NCBI RefSeq assembly: GCF_009834535.1
Contig: NC_045697.1
Location: 47,928,001-47,992,000 of the forward strand
Source: Camelus ferus
Lineage: Eukaryota
DNA: 64,000 bases
Direction: 5' to 3'
The notes beneath the pieces are model-generated. The model did no database searches. It was given only the letters and a program-made list of their open reading frames with translations, and was not told the origin of the DNA. This document shows, one piece after another, positions 26,370-39,972 of this stretch. Numbering within the stretch: position 1 is the first letter of the stretch; every line of letters begins with the position of its first letter. The translations under genes were made by a program, and so were the position numbers.

Positions 26370-27165
26370 CAGGATTACAAAAGAATATACAAAAGTAAAG
26401 TCTTCCTCCAACCCCTAACACCCAGCTTCCCTCCTATATTAGCAACTTATTGTGATTCTTCCCAGAAATATTATTTCCCTCCTCACTGATAAAATGATAG
26501 CACACTCTACTCACTGTTCTAGACCTTGCTTTTTCATGTAAAGGTATTAAAGCCCATTTTCACACATATATTAGATGTAGATATAGATATACTCACATAT
26601 TTTTAAGAGTTGTATATATATATAATCTCATATATGCCTTTCATAAAGATATGTTTATATGTATATATTATAGCAATAATTTCATATCAGTTCATAAAGA
26701 CTTTATCTTTCTAGAGCTGCAAAGTACCTCACTGTGTACTTGTATCATAATTTAATCAGTGGTTGACCATTAGGTCATTTATAATATTTTACTATTATCA
26801 ACAGTGCTGCAGTGAATGACCCTGTACAAACATCATTTTGCACATATACAAGTATATTTGTAGGATTAATTTCAAGAAGGGAATTTGCTGGGTCAAAGAA
26901 TATGAACACTTGTAATGTTGATAAATACTGCTTTCTAAAATAACAGTTCCATATACATTTCCACGAGCAATGAAAAGGTTGCCTGTTTCCATACACTCAT
27001 GCCAACGTAGTATGTTACCAAATATTTTGGTCTCTGTTAATCTAGTAGACAAAAGGTGGTATGCAGAGCTGTTTTAATTTGCATTTTTCTTATGGGTTAG
27101 GCTGAGTATGTTTTCATATGTTTGATCATCTAATGTTTTCTTTTCTATTGTATTGGCTTAACCTC
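26370..27165 (-). mobile_element. Old L1ME-like 3' fragment
   Basis: ORF 26775..26996 (HCSWKC...FDPANSLLEINP...FTAAL) is a degenerate ORF2 C-terminus. Confidence 0.7.
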
Positions 27166-28259
27166 AATTTTTTAAGTGAGTTCTCAACAACTAGGTTTTC
27201 ATGTAAAATGACCCTTAAAGTCCAGTATCTTAAAATCTATTCATTACATAAAACCATAAAACCATAAAACCAATAGCTTGTAAATTATAAGACTTGTCTA
27301 CACATCAAATGAATTATTTTCATAAGTTAAGTTTCCAAGCACAGAGCACTGGGCACACAGAACAGCTACCAAGTCTTCACTGTGGTCTATAAGGCCCTAT
27401 GTGAGACATCCCTGCTTATCACTCAATACCACTCACCTACTTGCTCACTAAAACCCTTTTCTCAGATCTTTGAATCCTTCAAATCCCTCAATTCCTGTCT
27501 CAGGGCCTTTACATTTAATGTTACATTTGACTAGGATCCACCATCTCCACATTTTCCCATGGCCTACTCCTTATCATCAGCTCAAATGTCATCAAAGCCA
27601 AATGCCTAACAACTCTGTTTCATTCCTAATCTTCTAAAACAAAGTTGAAGTACAAGAAAACCACCAAAACTGTGAATTCTATGAACATATGGGTACGACA
27701 TTTGGGGGCAGTATAGGAGATCTGTTTATTACTGGGAATTCCCTGTGGCACAAAAGCAACAAAGGGCTTTAATGGCTAGAAAGAAAAAGGGAAATAGACT
27801 ATTGAGATCCAGTTCCTGCCCTCCAAAATCTCAAATTTAGTGGGCTCTGCTGGTATGCAACAGTCTAAGAGGAGATCCTCCACATTTTTAAAGGAGTCAG
27901 TTACCTCGAAAAATCACATGTGACAAATGAAAGAGCAATTATCCATTCAAGATTTGGCAAACATTTCCAAAAAATAATTCTAATTGCACTGAACAAGAAC
28001 CCAATAACCTTGGCAAGATCTTCAAAATAATAATTCTCTTGAATACATCAATTGCAACCTGCTATAAATAATTAACCACTACTTTTAGATTCCCCAGTCA
28101 TGACTACCAGAAATTAACATTCTCAACAGAAATCAAAACTGTTCCAGACTAAGGAAAAACAAATTACAAAAATACCACTACTTAAATAGCACTGTTAGAC
28201 CATGAGATCTATATTTTCAATCCCTCTGTAGTCAATTTGTCTATCTGTAGTATTTCATG

Positions 28260-29262
28260 GTATTTCTTTAACATATTTCTTCTCTTACTTAGCAGATAAC
28301 CTCACTTGCTACTTCAGAGAAAAGAGAAGCCCTCAGAATTTCCTCAACAATTTAAAAACCTATTTGAATCTGCACTCATTCTCAAAAGGCAACCCCACCC
28401 CTACCCCAGGGCAATGAGATAGATATTACTCCACATCCTTTGCAAGCTGATTCTCTTAAACTTGATAGTGAAATGTTAGGATTCCCCAGGACTTCTCAAC
28501 CTAACTCTATAATCCTCCCTCTCCCCCAGGAGATCTTACGCATGTAGTCTTTGCCTCCCCACTATAGGCACCATAATCCACCATCTACCTGGCTTACTGC
28601 AACAAACTCCAAACTATTCTTTTACTCTTGGCCCTCTCCATTTCTTTTCCACCTACTAATAAAAGGGAAGATTTAAAAACAAAAATCTCATCATGTTCTT
28701 AAAACATTTGGATGGTCTCACTTTGTCCTCCGAATAAAGTAAATTCTTAACAAGATCCTCCATGAGCTATTTCTAACCTATTTAGTCAGCTTCACCTAAC
28801 ACCACTCTCTCTCATGCTTGCCACACTTCAAATACACTGGCCTCCTTTTCAGTTACTTGAACACATCGTGTTTTTTACAACCTTCAGACTTTCAAATATA
28901 ATCTTCCCTCCATTTGTGAGATTCTCCCCTACCACTTTCCACGCCCCTCTTCCCATAGCTAATTCATTAAAATCCAGTGATCTTTCAGGGACTCTGTTTA
29001 AGCTACTTCTTCAGAAAAGTCTTCCCTGAAGACTCACAACAGATTAAGGCCTCTCATATACACTCTTACAACACCTTGTACTTTTCCTTCACAACCACGC
29101 AGGAAAATTGTATTAAAGAAATAATTATCAAATTAACGTCTACTCTTCAATAGATGATAAGCACTATGGCCAGGGAATGTATATAGCTTGTTCACCATTC
29201 TGTCCCTAACACATAACAGTGTTTGACAAATGAAGACACGATAAACATCCGTTGAGTGAAGG
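28260..29262 (+). mobile_element. LINE-2 3' remnant
   Basis: Pyrimidine-rich L2-like body ending in TAAACATCCGTTGAGTGAA. Confidence 0.6.
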
Positions 29263-29869
29263 AAGGAAATCTGAACAAATGAGCAAAAATTGGATTCAAA
29301 TTACTTTAAATATTATTCATTTCAACATATGGAAGAAGGGTGGCATTTTGTTGAAGATCCGCATTATTTATTCATTCAGTTGCTCAACAATGAATATGCC
29401 GAGGAAACATGCACTAGCACTGCTTTGAGCACTTAGTGAACAAAACAAACAAACTCCTCCTTTTGGAGCTTACATCCTAGTAGGGGGGAGACAATACTAA
29501 TAAATATAAAATGGTATTGGTAAGGGGAACCCCACTGGGTAAAAAGAATTGAGAATCAAGGGGGAAAGTGGATTGCAACTTTAAATAAAAAGGTGAAGGT
29601 AGGCCTCCTTAAAAAGGTGACACTTGAGCAAAAGCTTGAAAGAAATAAGAAAGTCAGTCATGCAAATATCTTTAAAAAAAGTGTTCCAGGCCCACTTCAC
29701 TTGGGAGAAAAAGCCCTTCCCATGAAGGAATGTTCTTTGTGTGGTTAAGGAACTAGGAAGCCAGTGTGGCTAGAGCACAGTGAAAGGGTAGCTGGAGAGG
29801 TCGGAGTGGTATGCTGGATGAGTGGAGGTGAGAGAAGACAGGTACCTAATGATGTGGAAGACCCTAGGC

Positions 29870-30158
29870 CAATATGATAATAAGGCCACATATATAAGTT
29901 TAAATTTTCTAATAGCCACAATCAAAAAAGGTAGGGAAAAAAAGACTAAAATGAAATTAATAATAAAACTTAACATATTTTATTACAGCTAATACCCCAA
30001 AATACTATCATTCCAACACATTATCAATATGAAAAAAATTGAAGTATTTCACTTTTTTTGGTACTAAGCCTTTCAAATCTAATGTGAATTTGACATACTC
30101 ATTTTGAATTAGCCACAATTGAAGTGCTCAGTTGTGGATAACAAAATGGACAGCACAG
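29870..30158. mobile_element. hAT-Charlie MITE (MER33/MER3-like) inside an L2 remnant (~29370-30300)
   Basis: TAAATTTTCTAATAGCCACA...TAGCCACAATTGAAGTGCTCA...TGGACAGCACAG. Confidence 0.65.
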
Positions 30159-31250
30159 CTGTAGTCCATCCTAAGGACTTTGGTTTAGAAAAATAGGGAG
30201 ACTTTGCAGAGTTTTGAGCATAGGCGTGGCATGATTTAAGTTCTTAAATGACCAATCTAAATATTTGTTGAGAGTAGACTGTAGCTTGGAAGGTAGCTGC
30301 AGTGAGCTAATAGTTGTCAAGGTCTGTTGTGATCTCTTGCCACCCCTATTTTTTAAGCAACAACTATCCCAAATAGAGAATGCTGGTCTTTACACTAAGC
30401 TTTTCTGTGAGAAGCTCAGCGAAAACTACGATTCTGTTAAATTAATCAATCAATCACTGACCTAGGAGTAAAGTTTCAGTCTTCCACTGCCACTCACTAG
30501 TTTTATGAACTTGGCCACATACTCAACAGAATGAGTTTCTTCCTCTGTAAAACGGGGGTGATCTCGGCTGCTGCCTCCACCTAAAGATCCACCATAATTA
30601 ATAACAATATATATCACTGTGTTTCAAAAACACAAAACAAAAATCTGTTAAGTACTGTACCCAAAAAGTGTGGTCATCCTAGCCAACAAACTGGACCTTG
30701 TAAATGCTCTAAAGGGTTGCTACCAAGAAGTACTACAAAATTGGCCTCCAAATGATGAATGCTGACCCAAATTAGACAACGCCTGGGAGTTTAAGAATTG
30801 GAAGAGCCTGCAACGATGTGCTGAGAAAGAACCAAGCATTCTGTAAACTGTAAAAGTTTACGGATATGAGCCACTCAAATGTAACACCTTTTCCATTCCG
30901 GAACTCACTTCACGTGTCAAACGCCTTTCCCCGCAGTTCACACCCACAGTATCGGAGATACAACCATGTCTTTGCCTCCACCTCTGCGGGTGGCTGGAGG
31001 GGTGACAAAGTATATCCCCCTCCCACTCCACTCCTAGGGTGGACAACTACAGAAAGGAGTGAAACCTCTGACAAGGTCTCTTTTAAGTAGTAACGACCCT
31101 CTGGAAAATCTAGAGCCCAGAAAGAGTAGAGGCTTATGGAGCCACCAGTGCAGAGCCGCACCTAGGAGAGTCCGGCTTGCACTCTGCTATCACAGAAGAC
31201 CCCACACCAGAGTTATTTTCCCCGCAAGCCCGGACTACCCTCCGCTTTAC

Positions 31251-31281
31251 CTCTACCGAGGCATCTTGCGGCCGCCGCCAT
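31251..31281 (-). CDS. MRPL1: MRPL1 coding exon 1 (MAAAARCLGR + 1 nt), start of mitochondrial targeting presequence
   Basis: Minus strand CAAC-ATG GCG GCG GCC GCA AGA TGC CTC GGT AGA G|gtaaag within a CpG island; 31 nt; resembles the mammalian MRPL1 N-terminus (MAAAVRC.GR) and joins exon 2 in frame. Confidence 0.93.
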
Positions 31282-31285
31282 GTTG
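31274..31285 (-). promoter_or_regulatory. TISU element / YY1 site overlapping the start codon (CAACATGGCGGC)
   Basis: Exact match to SAASATGGCGGC. Confidence 0.7.
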
Positions 31286-31356
31286 TTCACTCCGGAATGT
31301 GTTGACGAAATTGGTCCCACGCTTCAACTTGAAAGAATGTTTAAAAGGGTTCCCAT

Positions 31357-31365
31357 CCGGAAGTG
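31357..31365 (+). promoter_or_regulatory. ETS/GABPA (NRF-2) consensus site CCGGAAGTG
   Basis: Exact core consensus ~75 bp upstream of the MRPL1 ATG; GABPA sites are common in promoters of nuclear-encoded mitochondrial genes. Confidence 0.65.
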
Positions 31366-33514
31366 GCGGAGGGGGAAGGGATTCCGAGGAGCAAGAGGAA
31401 AGGGGCTGGAATCAAAGCAGGCTTTAAAGCCGGTGGGGGAGGGCGCGCAGCGCGGGTGCCCCGTGGCGGTGCTCCCGGCAGTCCTCCGTGCTGCCGAGGA
31501 TCTCGTGTTCCGTGGTTCCGGTACGACAGCTTAACCGTCTAAAGGGGAATCTGCCCTCCCTGAAAAATGCACACGATCTGTTGGCGATGCTCCAACTATT
31601 TCATTCCCTTTTATTTTTTCCTTTTTGATTCTGCACATATGCTCAGAACGATCATTTTAATAGATTTTGAGAGTACCCAGAAAGCATGAAAAACTGAAAA
31701 TCTGAAGAATCTCACCAGATTCCACCGCCACGTTTCCAGCCTTGTAAAGATTTTTTTAAAATAGCCCGGCTTTCCACTACCGCCCAAGGTGGGTGTCCCA
31801 CTCAACAACAAACTTCCTTTTTAAGTCATCTTAAGATCAGCGTGATTTTAAATTAATCTAACATTAATCAGGTTTACATTTTCTCCTGCTGACAAATTGT
31901 GCCATTAGGATCAATTGAATAATAAAACTTGACAAATTTATATAATACGACTAGTTTTAAAATGGTAGATCTAAGACCTACGCACAAGTTATTCTGACTA
32001 AAAAAAAAAAAAAAAAGGAATCAGTATCCTTTCCATTACGTCACAGCAGTTGGTGTGGTTTATCTAAAAAAAATCTGATCGCGAATTATATCACTTCCCA
32101 GTTTAAATAAAACCCTCCCGTGACTACCTCTGGAGCTCGCTTCTGGCCTCTGCCTGCCTCCCCAGCCTCAACCTCCTGCCAACATCCCACCCCCTCTCGC
32201 CCCCACACACATACATGGCTTCTCACCTCCATGACTTTGTTCATTCTGTCCCCAGTGTTTGGAACGTCTTGTATCACATCTCCTAGGTAACTTTTTAAAA
32301 AAGATTTCAGGTCAGGCTTTATTCACTGATGAAGCCTCCCTCCTCCCTTCCCAGGCTGAGTTTTGGCCACCTCATTCTGGTTTTGTATAGTACCCAAAGC
32401 TTATAACTGTTTTTGTGTGTTTGTTTTGAACAGTTTTTTTTTTTTTTGAGGTATAATTCACATACCATACAACTCACTAATCTAATGGGTACAATTCAGT
32501 GGTTTTTAATATATTCAGAGTTGTGTGACCATCACCACAGTGTGTTTTCCCCACTAATCATCTGAGCTCTTGTGGGCAGAAATCCTGTCTTAACTTATTT
32601 TTGTAACCTCAGCATATACTACCCACCTGGCACATAGGAGGTTCTCAATAAATGTTGAATAAATAAATATCATATGCAAGCATGAATTATTGACTCAATT
32701 AGAATAGCAAGCCTGCAAACTTGCTTCCATCAAGCTGCCCATGGGACTGGATCACAGTAGGACTTTAACAAATGCTTTATTTTGTATTTGTATATTATAC
32801 TTATTTCCGTGAAGAATAATTTTTCTAATTCATTGTCATGCCTTGTCGACACCTAAGCAGTTACTTCAGAAGTTCCACACCCATATATGGCTGTTATAAC
32901 AAAAAAATTCAAAGCGGTTGAATCTACCTTTCCCCTTCTCTCTCCCTTTCACAAATATATCAGTGCCTGCCCCTTGCCAAGCGGTGTGCATGGCTATGCA
33001 TAGATATGGGAATAAAACCAACACAACCTTTGCTCTCATCATGCTTAAAAATGAATTTCATATAAGGCTAAACGCTAAAATTAGAGTAAGTTTGCCTAAT
33101 TCCTCAGACAAAAACAGCCAGAGTAGAGCTGCTGGTCCTTAGACTCTATGTCCCTACCTTTCCATAGCTGGGATCAGTTGGCCCCCATCTGTGTGCTTCT
33201 TTGCATCTCCTATTATAACAAGAATTTAAACACCCTATATTGGGACTCAGAGTGACATGTAGTAAGCTTGTAGTCATAGCCTTATTAAAGGAATGCCTGT
33301 CTTATAGCTGTGCAGCTTACCTGATTGCCCACTTTGGGCACCAGAACTTGATAGCATTAGTCAAGTGAGGTCCAGAGTCTAGTTATCTATATATAATAAT
33401 ATACAAGGAGGTTATTTAGCCTAAGACTTGTAAAAACTAGAAAAATCCACACTCTTAACTGGGAACTCCAAGCCTCTAACTATTTAATACATAATGAGGT
33501 TCTCATTGAAGAGA

Positions 33515-33740
33515 GGCAATAGGGCATTTTGGTTAAGCAGTGGTGCTCTGGAGCAAAACTTCCTGGGTTTGAATCCCAGTATCATCACTTGCTAGCTGTG
33601 TGTCCTGGGGCAAGATGCTGTACCTCTCTGGGCTCAGTTTCTTCATTTGTGATATGGGGCTAATACTGAGATAATTTACTGAAGTACTACCATACCTAGC
33701 ACAGAGTAAACACTCATCAAATGTTCAGTGTTGTTATTAC
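33515..33740 (+). mobile_element. MIR SINE
   Basis: CCTGGGTTTGAATCCCAG...GCTGTGTGTCCTGGGGCAAG...CTCAGTTTCTTCATTTGT. Confidence 0.8.
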
Positions 33741-34229
33741 TAAGGAACCAGGGAGAGCTCTTAACCAGAGAGGCAAAATGAATAAGCTATTTGAATGCCC
33801 TTTCTTCCAATATCATATTCTTAATATGAAACATGCTGTTCTTGCTCCTACATGTCACTATGGTGTCACTTTCTTTGTATGAGAACTTTTAGTAGTATTT
33901 GCAGAAAATCTTTAGGCTGTGTTTATGTACTTACTCAAAGTTCACTTTAAAGAAACTTTTCCCAGTTGATTTCTAGGAAGGTTTATAGTCTCCAGGAGTC
34001 TTGGCAACATGCCAGCTGTCTGGCTGCTTGGCTAACTTCCCTGGGAAAAGTTTTTCAGTCTTTGTCTAGCCCTGCAGTTTTCTTCATCTGTGTTCTCTGC
34101 CTTCCTCAACTATCTTCCACTTGAGCTAGAAACTCCTTTGCAAGAAGAGTCACTTCCCATTTAGGGTTCTAGTTGAAAACAGATTCTCTGATTGGACAAA
34201 AATCAGGAACTCGATGACATTTCCTACTT

Positions 34230-34404
34230 CAGTGGTGTGCATCAGAATCACCCAGATGGCTTGTTGAAACTAGATTGCTGTGCTCTCCCCCTCCCCCGAG
34301 TTTCTGATCCAGTAGGCCTGCATATGGGCCATTAATTTGCATTTATAATAGGTTCTTGGTGATGTTGATGTCCTAGTCCAGAGACCACACTTTAAAAACC
34401 ACTC
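34230..34404. mobile_element. hAT-Charlie MITE (MER5A-like); related copies at ~35140-35303 and ~45190-45349
   Basis: GCATCAGAATCACC...TTTCTGATCCAGTAGG...GACCACACTTTAAAAACCACT. Confidence 0.75.
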
Positions 34405-34892
34405 CTTATGTATACATAACATGAAACATTCCCATCCGTACCTACCATTAATTTGGGGAGGAGTTGTTTTATTTACTAATTTTATACTTGATATAATACA
34501 GACAACAGAAGCATGAATTTCCCCATGTAGTATGTCTCCAGGACCAGAATCTACCCACTCTTATCTTCTCCTCTACACAGAAGCTGCTATTCCACATCTG
34601 GCTTGCAGCTCCCAAACTGTCCAGCTTGGAGAATTCCCAATGTCTGCAGGTCTGCCTATCTGGATTTTCAGTCTTACTAACTTCTAGATTCCCTTCCCTC
34701 CTTGTACTTCATACTCAGATTATTTTTAATAAATAAATAACTATCTAGAATAATGATTTCTAAGAAGGTTGAAAGTTTGGTGAGGAACTGGAACTCATTT
34801 TGTCTTGTGCCTCCATATTTGGGCACTTCTCTGTCCAACAACCCTGAGAGGACTGTTTTAATTCTAGAGTGAATTAGGCAATTTAGAACTGT

Positions 34893-35072
34893 CCAGTGGA
34901 CTGCTGGTAAATGTTTAACAACGTCTCTCCAGTACAAAAGACATAAATATACAGTATTTGCCAATATCCGTGATGTAAATATTCCCAGAATAGCTGATTT
35001 CAAGCTACCAAACATAAAATCAGCCAGCTCACAAAATTCTGACAACGTAACACATGGCTATAGCACAGTACT
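34893..35072. mobile_element. hAT MITE (MER63-like)
   Basis: CAGTG..TGCTGGTAAATGTTTAACAAC...AGCACAGTACTG termini. Confidence 0.6.
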
Positions 35073-35474
35073 GGAAGTTTCTTAGTAAAAGGCCTTGGTA
35101 GCTTTTAGAAGGTCTACACAAAACCAATTCATCCTAGAACCACACTTCTCAAACTTTAATGTGAATATAAATCATGTGGAAATATTATTAAAATGTAGTT
35201 TCTAATTTAATAGGTGTGGATGGAGCCCGAGGTTCTGATTTCTAACAGGCTTCTAAGTGATGTTGAGGCTGCTGGTCCAGGGACCACGCTTCATGTAGCA
35301 AGGTCCTAGAATATATCCTGGAGCAAAATTCTTATTTCCATTATTAGCCCCAAACAAGAAACTTCTGAGTAGCCTGTCTCTTCTAATACAGAGAATAAAT
35401 TCAAGTGGATTCTTAAATTTCTGAGTATAAACTACATGACCTCCATCTTTCAGTGGAGATACTAGAAATATCAC

Positions 35475-36105
35475 TAACTTCCTACTCCACCCACATCTGC
35501 TGCTGGTGGAAACTTCCCTCTCTCACATGAATAAAAGTCCCCCAAACCCCAGCTCTTTGGATCAGTGGAAGCCATCTGACCCAAGTCCATTCATACTATA
35601 GCCAGTGATCTGGCTTGAAAAGAAAAGCTGGGTCAATCGTCCTTCTCACAAAACTGGAACTGGGAAAATCAAAGACTGAAACGTTTAGGTGGGAGAACTC
35701 AAGCTATAAGGTCATGGTGTAGATTCAAGGCTGGAGAAGCCTTGAAAGGCAAGCTGGGATTATTAGCAATCAGAAATGATGCTTGAGTAGAGTCATATGA
35801 AGCCGGCCGGTTTCAAGAATAGAATGGAATGAGGATGCCGAGAAAAGCAGAAACGTGAAGAACAAAGAGATCTACCCACCTCCGAGAGGAAGACAGCAAA
35901 TGCTGCCTCAGTTCCTGTTACAGTTTCCGTCAAGGCTGCCGACAAGGTCCCTCTCCCTGTGCTCCTGTGAGAGCCTTATCTACCATCCATGTCCCTACAA
36001 TAACCCCTGTTTTCTTGAGCTAGCACCAGTGAATGTAATTTTCTCTTCCTTTTTCTTTCTTTCTTTCCTTTTTTTTTGTTACAAACAATCAAAAACCCAG
36101 TTAAA
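35475..36105 (+). mobile_element. Old ERVL-type LTR (LTR16/LTR33-like)
   Basis: Degenerate LTR-like sequence ending ACAATAACCCTGTTTTCTTGAGCTAG...GTTACAAACAATCAAAA. Confidence 0.45.
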
Positions 36106-39100
36106 ATCGTGGGACTCCAGACATTCTAGCCAAGATGTGTGAATCGGCAGCTCTCTGCCAATGTTAGCAGCAAAGCCTTAATCATGGAATCTCAGAGTTT
36201 GAAAAGTTAGATAGTATACACCCTCTCTATAATTCTCTGCTTAAATTTCTGGTTACAGATGAAGGATCAGAGGCACTGAGAATTTGAGTAACTCAACCAA
36301 TTAGTACGTAGTTGAGTTGGGATTTGAATCCAGGATACCTGCCTCCAGAGTCTATGTTCGTAACCCTGGCATTCATGAATCACACATATATTTCATGCTA
36401 GACATTGTGTAAAGCACTTTACGTATAGTATTTTGCTTAATTCCCATTTTGTAGTTGAAGAAACTGAGGCTCCAAAAAGTTAGTGACTTGCCTAAGGTGA
36501 CTCGAGTAGTGTTAGAATCTCACATCAGAGGCAGTGCATGGGACCATCACACCCCTTCCTGCTTCTCTGCTCCCCTGAGACTCTGGGCTTCATACATACA
36601 CACACCTATGACTCAATATTTTTCATGCCAATGTTTTACATTAGGAAACGGCCAGATAATATCAGAGTGTGGGGGAGAAAGTAAACAACATGTAAGCACA
36701 TATACATTATTTTTTGATCTTCAAAGCCAAGGGTGGAAATCACAAGCACCAACAAAATACTTATTAGAGCTAACTTTTTTTTTTATCTCTGATGCATGCA
36801 GAGGTAAAACTTGTTTGAAATATTTATCTAAAATGTGGCCATGCATTTTTTTAAATGTTACTCATCTGAGAAAAGTAACAACATCACCAAAGCAATTCTC
36901 AGGAAGACGTTTTATTTTTACAGAAGAGTGTGCACAACTCACGAGAGGTGGCTGCAAGTACTAAAAGGATGTGACTTTCTTCCTCCCTTCTGTGCTGTGT
37001 GACTGTATTGTTTTGGAGTCTTAGAGGTGAACTTGACATTTTGTTGTTGTACTCCTTTCAGGGCCTGTCGTTCTTTTAAATTAGGTCAGACCGAGGCTGA
37101 CTCCCTCCCCAAGCTCTGACCTTAAGGACTAATAAGGGGTTAATAACCTTATTATTAAGATTAAGTAATTATTTCTTAGTCATTTTTATCTGAAAAATAT
37201 TGAAGCCAAATACGCCAATATTCACCCATGTACAGTAGCATCTCATCTTGGTCTAAATTATTTTATTCCATCTAACAATTTTTCTATTGTTACTACTGGG
37301 CTAGCCTTTTTCTGCTTCCCATGGTTGTCAAGTGTTAGAGGTAGAATAGTAGTGATGATGGAGGAATGAGGAGGAGGAGTGGGAAGAAAAGAGACTCTGA
37401 GGGGAGTGGCCTTTGAAAATCAAGAAACCAGCAGTTCATTTCAGGTCTTAATGACATGGCCACCTCCAACAAGCTGTGTCTCCATTCAGTGCCTCCATTT
37501 TAACATCTGAAAATAGGAATGACAACGTTTTTGTGCCAAATGATTCTCCATTGCAGTTCCTCAGCTTCAGGGACATCTTGTTAATTTATGTTAAAAAAAA
37601 AACGATGGGTAATTGTCTAGGGCTAATTTTTAATGGATAAGTAATAGATAATTTTCTGACTCCTCTGAGACAGATGGCAGAGCTCTAACCCAAGAAAAAA
37701 ACAAAAACAAACAAACAATAAAACCCCACAACACAACAGGTCAAAGGGATATGCAGGGACCCAAGGGGAGGGAGTAATTAGCATTCTGATCCACCAGGAA
37801 AAAATAGGTTGTATTTAGAAAAATAAATAGGAAAAAATCCAAAAATCAGAGGAAAATATAATGGCTGGGCATGGAAATAAGAATGGAAAAGTTCTTATTT
37901 ATTAAATAAAATGCCTTTTCAACTGTAATAATCTAGGTTCTAAAATATGTACTGGTACTTGTTTATCTTTCCATCATAAATTGTATACAACATGTAATTA
38001 TTCAAGAAAATACAAGAAGGCATTGCTCCCCTGAAGACTTTCCAGAAGGAAAGCTACAGAAGATTAGGAAGAGAAAGACACCCTGGTTCTCAAGGCTCCA
38101 CTGTAGGAAGAGGCCCACCCCTTCCGCGGCTGACAGTGGGGGTGGGGACCTTTGCAGAGTTACCGCAGCTCACCGTTTACACAGCACACAGAACGGATTC
38201 AGGAAGTAGCCGCAGCATTATGGGAGGGCTCTACTTAACCTAAGTGTCGTGCACCCTGAGGTTTGACCCGTGTTGGACAGACAGAGGACCTGCAGTGTGT
38301 CTTCGCATGGCTATGAGGAGTGGTTCATCCTAAGGGAGGTGAGAGCATTTGAGGGCACAGGAGCAGTGTGAAGGGAAGGCAATTCTGGGGGCGTGCATCA
38401 GGGCCCTGCTTCTACCTGTTGCCTTCCAAGGATGAATGTCAGAACCTGCGCAGGGAGGCAAAAAAAAAAAAAAAAAATATGTAAAAGACATTGCACTGAG
38501 ACCTTTGGGAGACCTGTGAGCACAGGACTTTTTGTTTATGGGAGCCAGGTAACAGAGAGGACATCAGAGAAATTCTCCAATGCAGCATGCTGCAACCTGT
38601 GACACACTGGGGACAGAGAGAGCTTCGATGACTTTGGCACCTTTCTTACAGACCCACAGCAACCAGAAGCAGCAGGAGAGGCCAAAAAGAGCTGTTGCCA
38701 GACAGTAGCAAATGTATTTAGGAACACTCAATGAGAAGCTCCTTTGGTACAATCCATACATCCATCCAAGAGCTTGGGAGCATTTTAGGGTGAAGTGTAG
38801 AACCAGTAAGTATTGCTGGGGTCCTAAGGGCAGAGAAATACGCAAACTCTAATTCACCCTCAATCTGGAAAACACCAGCTGCTTGTGGAAATCCCTCTGA
38901 GAGTAGAACAAGTGAGTATGGTTATATTTTTAAAATAATGCTGCCTGATTATGAAGCTTACTAGATCTCACTTAATGTTTAATTTTCCTAAATTTTCTTT
39001 GGCCAAGATTAGCAGGGTTCTTTTCTCATACTTTTTTATAACACAAAAGATTCCAGGTTAAGAAATAAAATATGACACACTGTATCCTATATTTTAACTT

Positions 39101-39602
39101 ACTATTAATTGAATTCATATGAAATCCTGGTCTAATTTGCTAAATCTTGTCAAGTTACCTACACTGTTTATCATATCCCTTATTCCATGAGAATTAAGTG
39201 TCCTTCATAAGGATATAGGAAGCGAGCATTATCACAATTCATGGCAAAACCTGAATAAACTATATTCACTGGCTAATCCTCTTTTGCTATTTATGTTGCC
39301 TCTTTCAAATAATGTAGTAGATTACGAGGAAGCTTTATTTTTACAAAACTATTCCACACTTCTCATGTTGCCATAAATCCACCTGCTTCATTATCTTTAC
39401 TCATTTTTTCCTAATAGATTTTTGTTCTCCTTGCTATAATTTGGTAATTATCAATAATTTGTCTTGAAAGAATACTATGCTGACTATACTCCATTCACTA
39501 TCAACGATAGCTTTCTTTATCCTGTCCATGCTGCTAGGTGTGTCCTTGGAGGCTCTTTTAGACTGTACCATCCCTGACTGATACAGATGCCTAGTCAATA
39601 CA

Positions 39603-39972
39603 CAGTTGTCCCTCGGTATATGTGGGGAATTGGTTCCAGGACCTGCTTCAGACCCCAAATCTGATGAAGCTCAAGTTTCATATAAAATGGCTTACTGCAG
39701 TATTTGCATATAACCTATGCACATCCTCTGGTATACTTTAGATCATCTCTAGATTATTTACAATACTTAATACAATGTAAACGCTGTTTAAATAGTTATA
39801 TGTACAATGTAAATGATCTGTGTCTCATTGCCAGCACTGCAATTTCAAGTGTTGCTTTTTGGAACTTTCTGGAGTTTCCATTTTTGTTTTTTCAAATATT
39901 TTTGATCTGAAGTTGGTTGAACCACGATGCAGAACTGTGGATGCAGAATCCTCGGATATGGGGGGCCAACTG
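39603..39972. mobile_element. TcMar-Tigger MITE (MER2-like)
   Basis: TIRs CAGTTGTCCCTCGGTAT... / ...GATATGGGGGGCCAACTG followed by TA. Confidence 0.85.

Larger units (their letters stand above)
31150..31560 (-). promoter_or_regulatory. CpG-island, TATA-less promoter of MRPL1
   Basis: Only strongly CpG-rich non-repeat stretch in the window; surrounds exon 1. Confidence 0.85.

Noticed and set aside
31441..31456. NRF1-like GCGCGCAGCGCG in the promoter
   Set aside because: Spacing differs from the YGCGCAYGCGCR consensus; expected by chance in a CpG island
31280..31534. Divergent plus-strand ORF from the MRPL1 promoter (bidirectional gene)
   Set aside because: Chance ORF in a CpG island; its ATG overlaps the MRPL1 start motif; no downstream exons seen
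36455..36964. 169-aa ORF, the longest outside L1
   Set aside because: Non-ATG start within a MIR fragment; no domain similarity or splice structure
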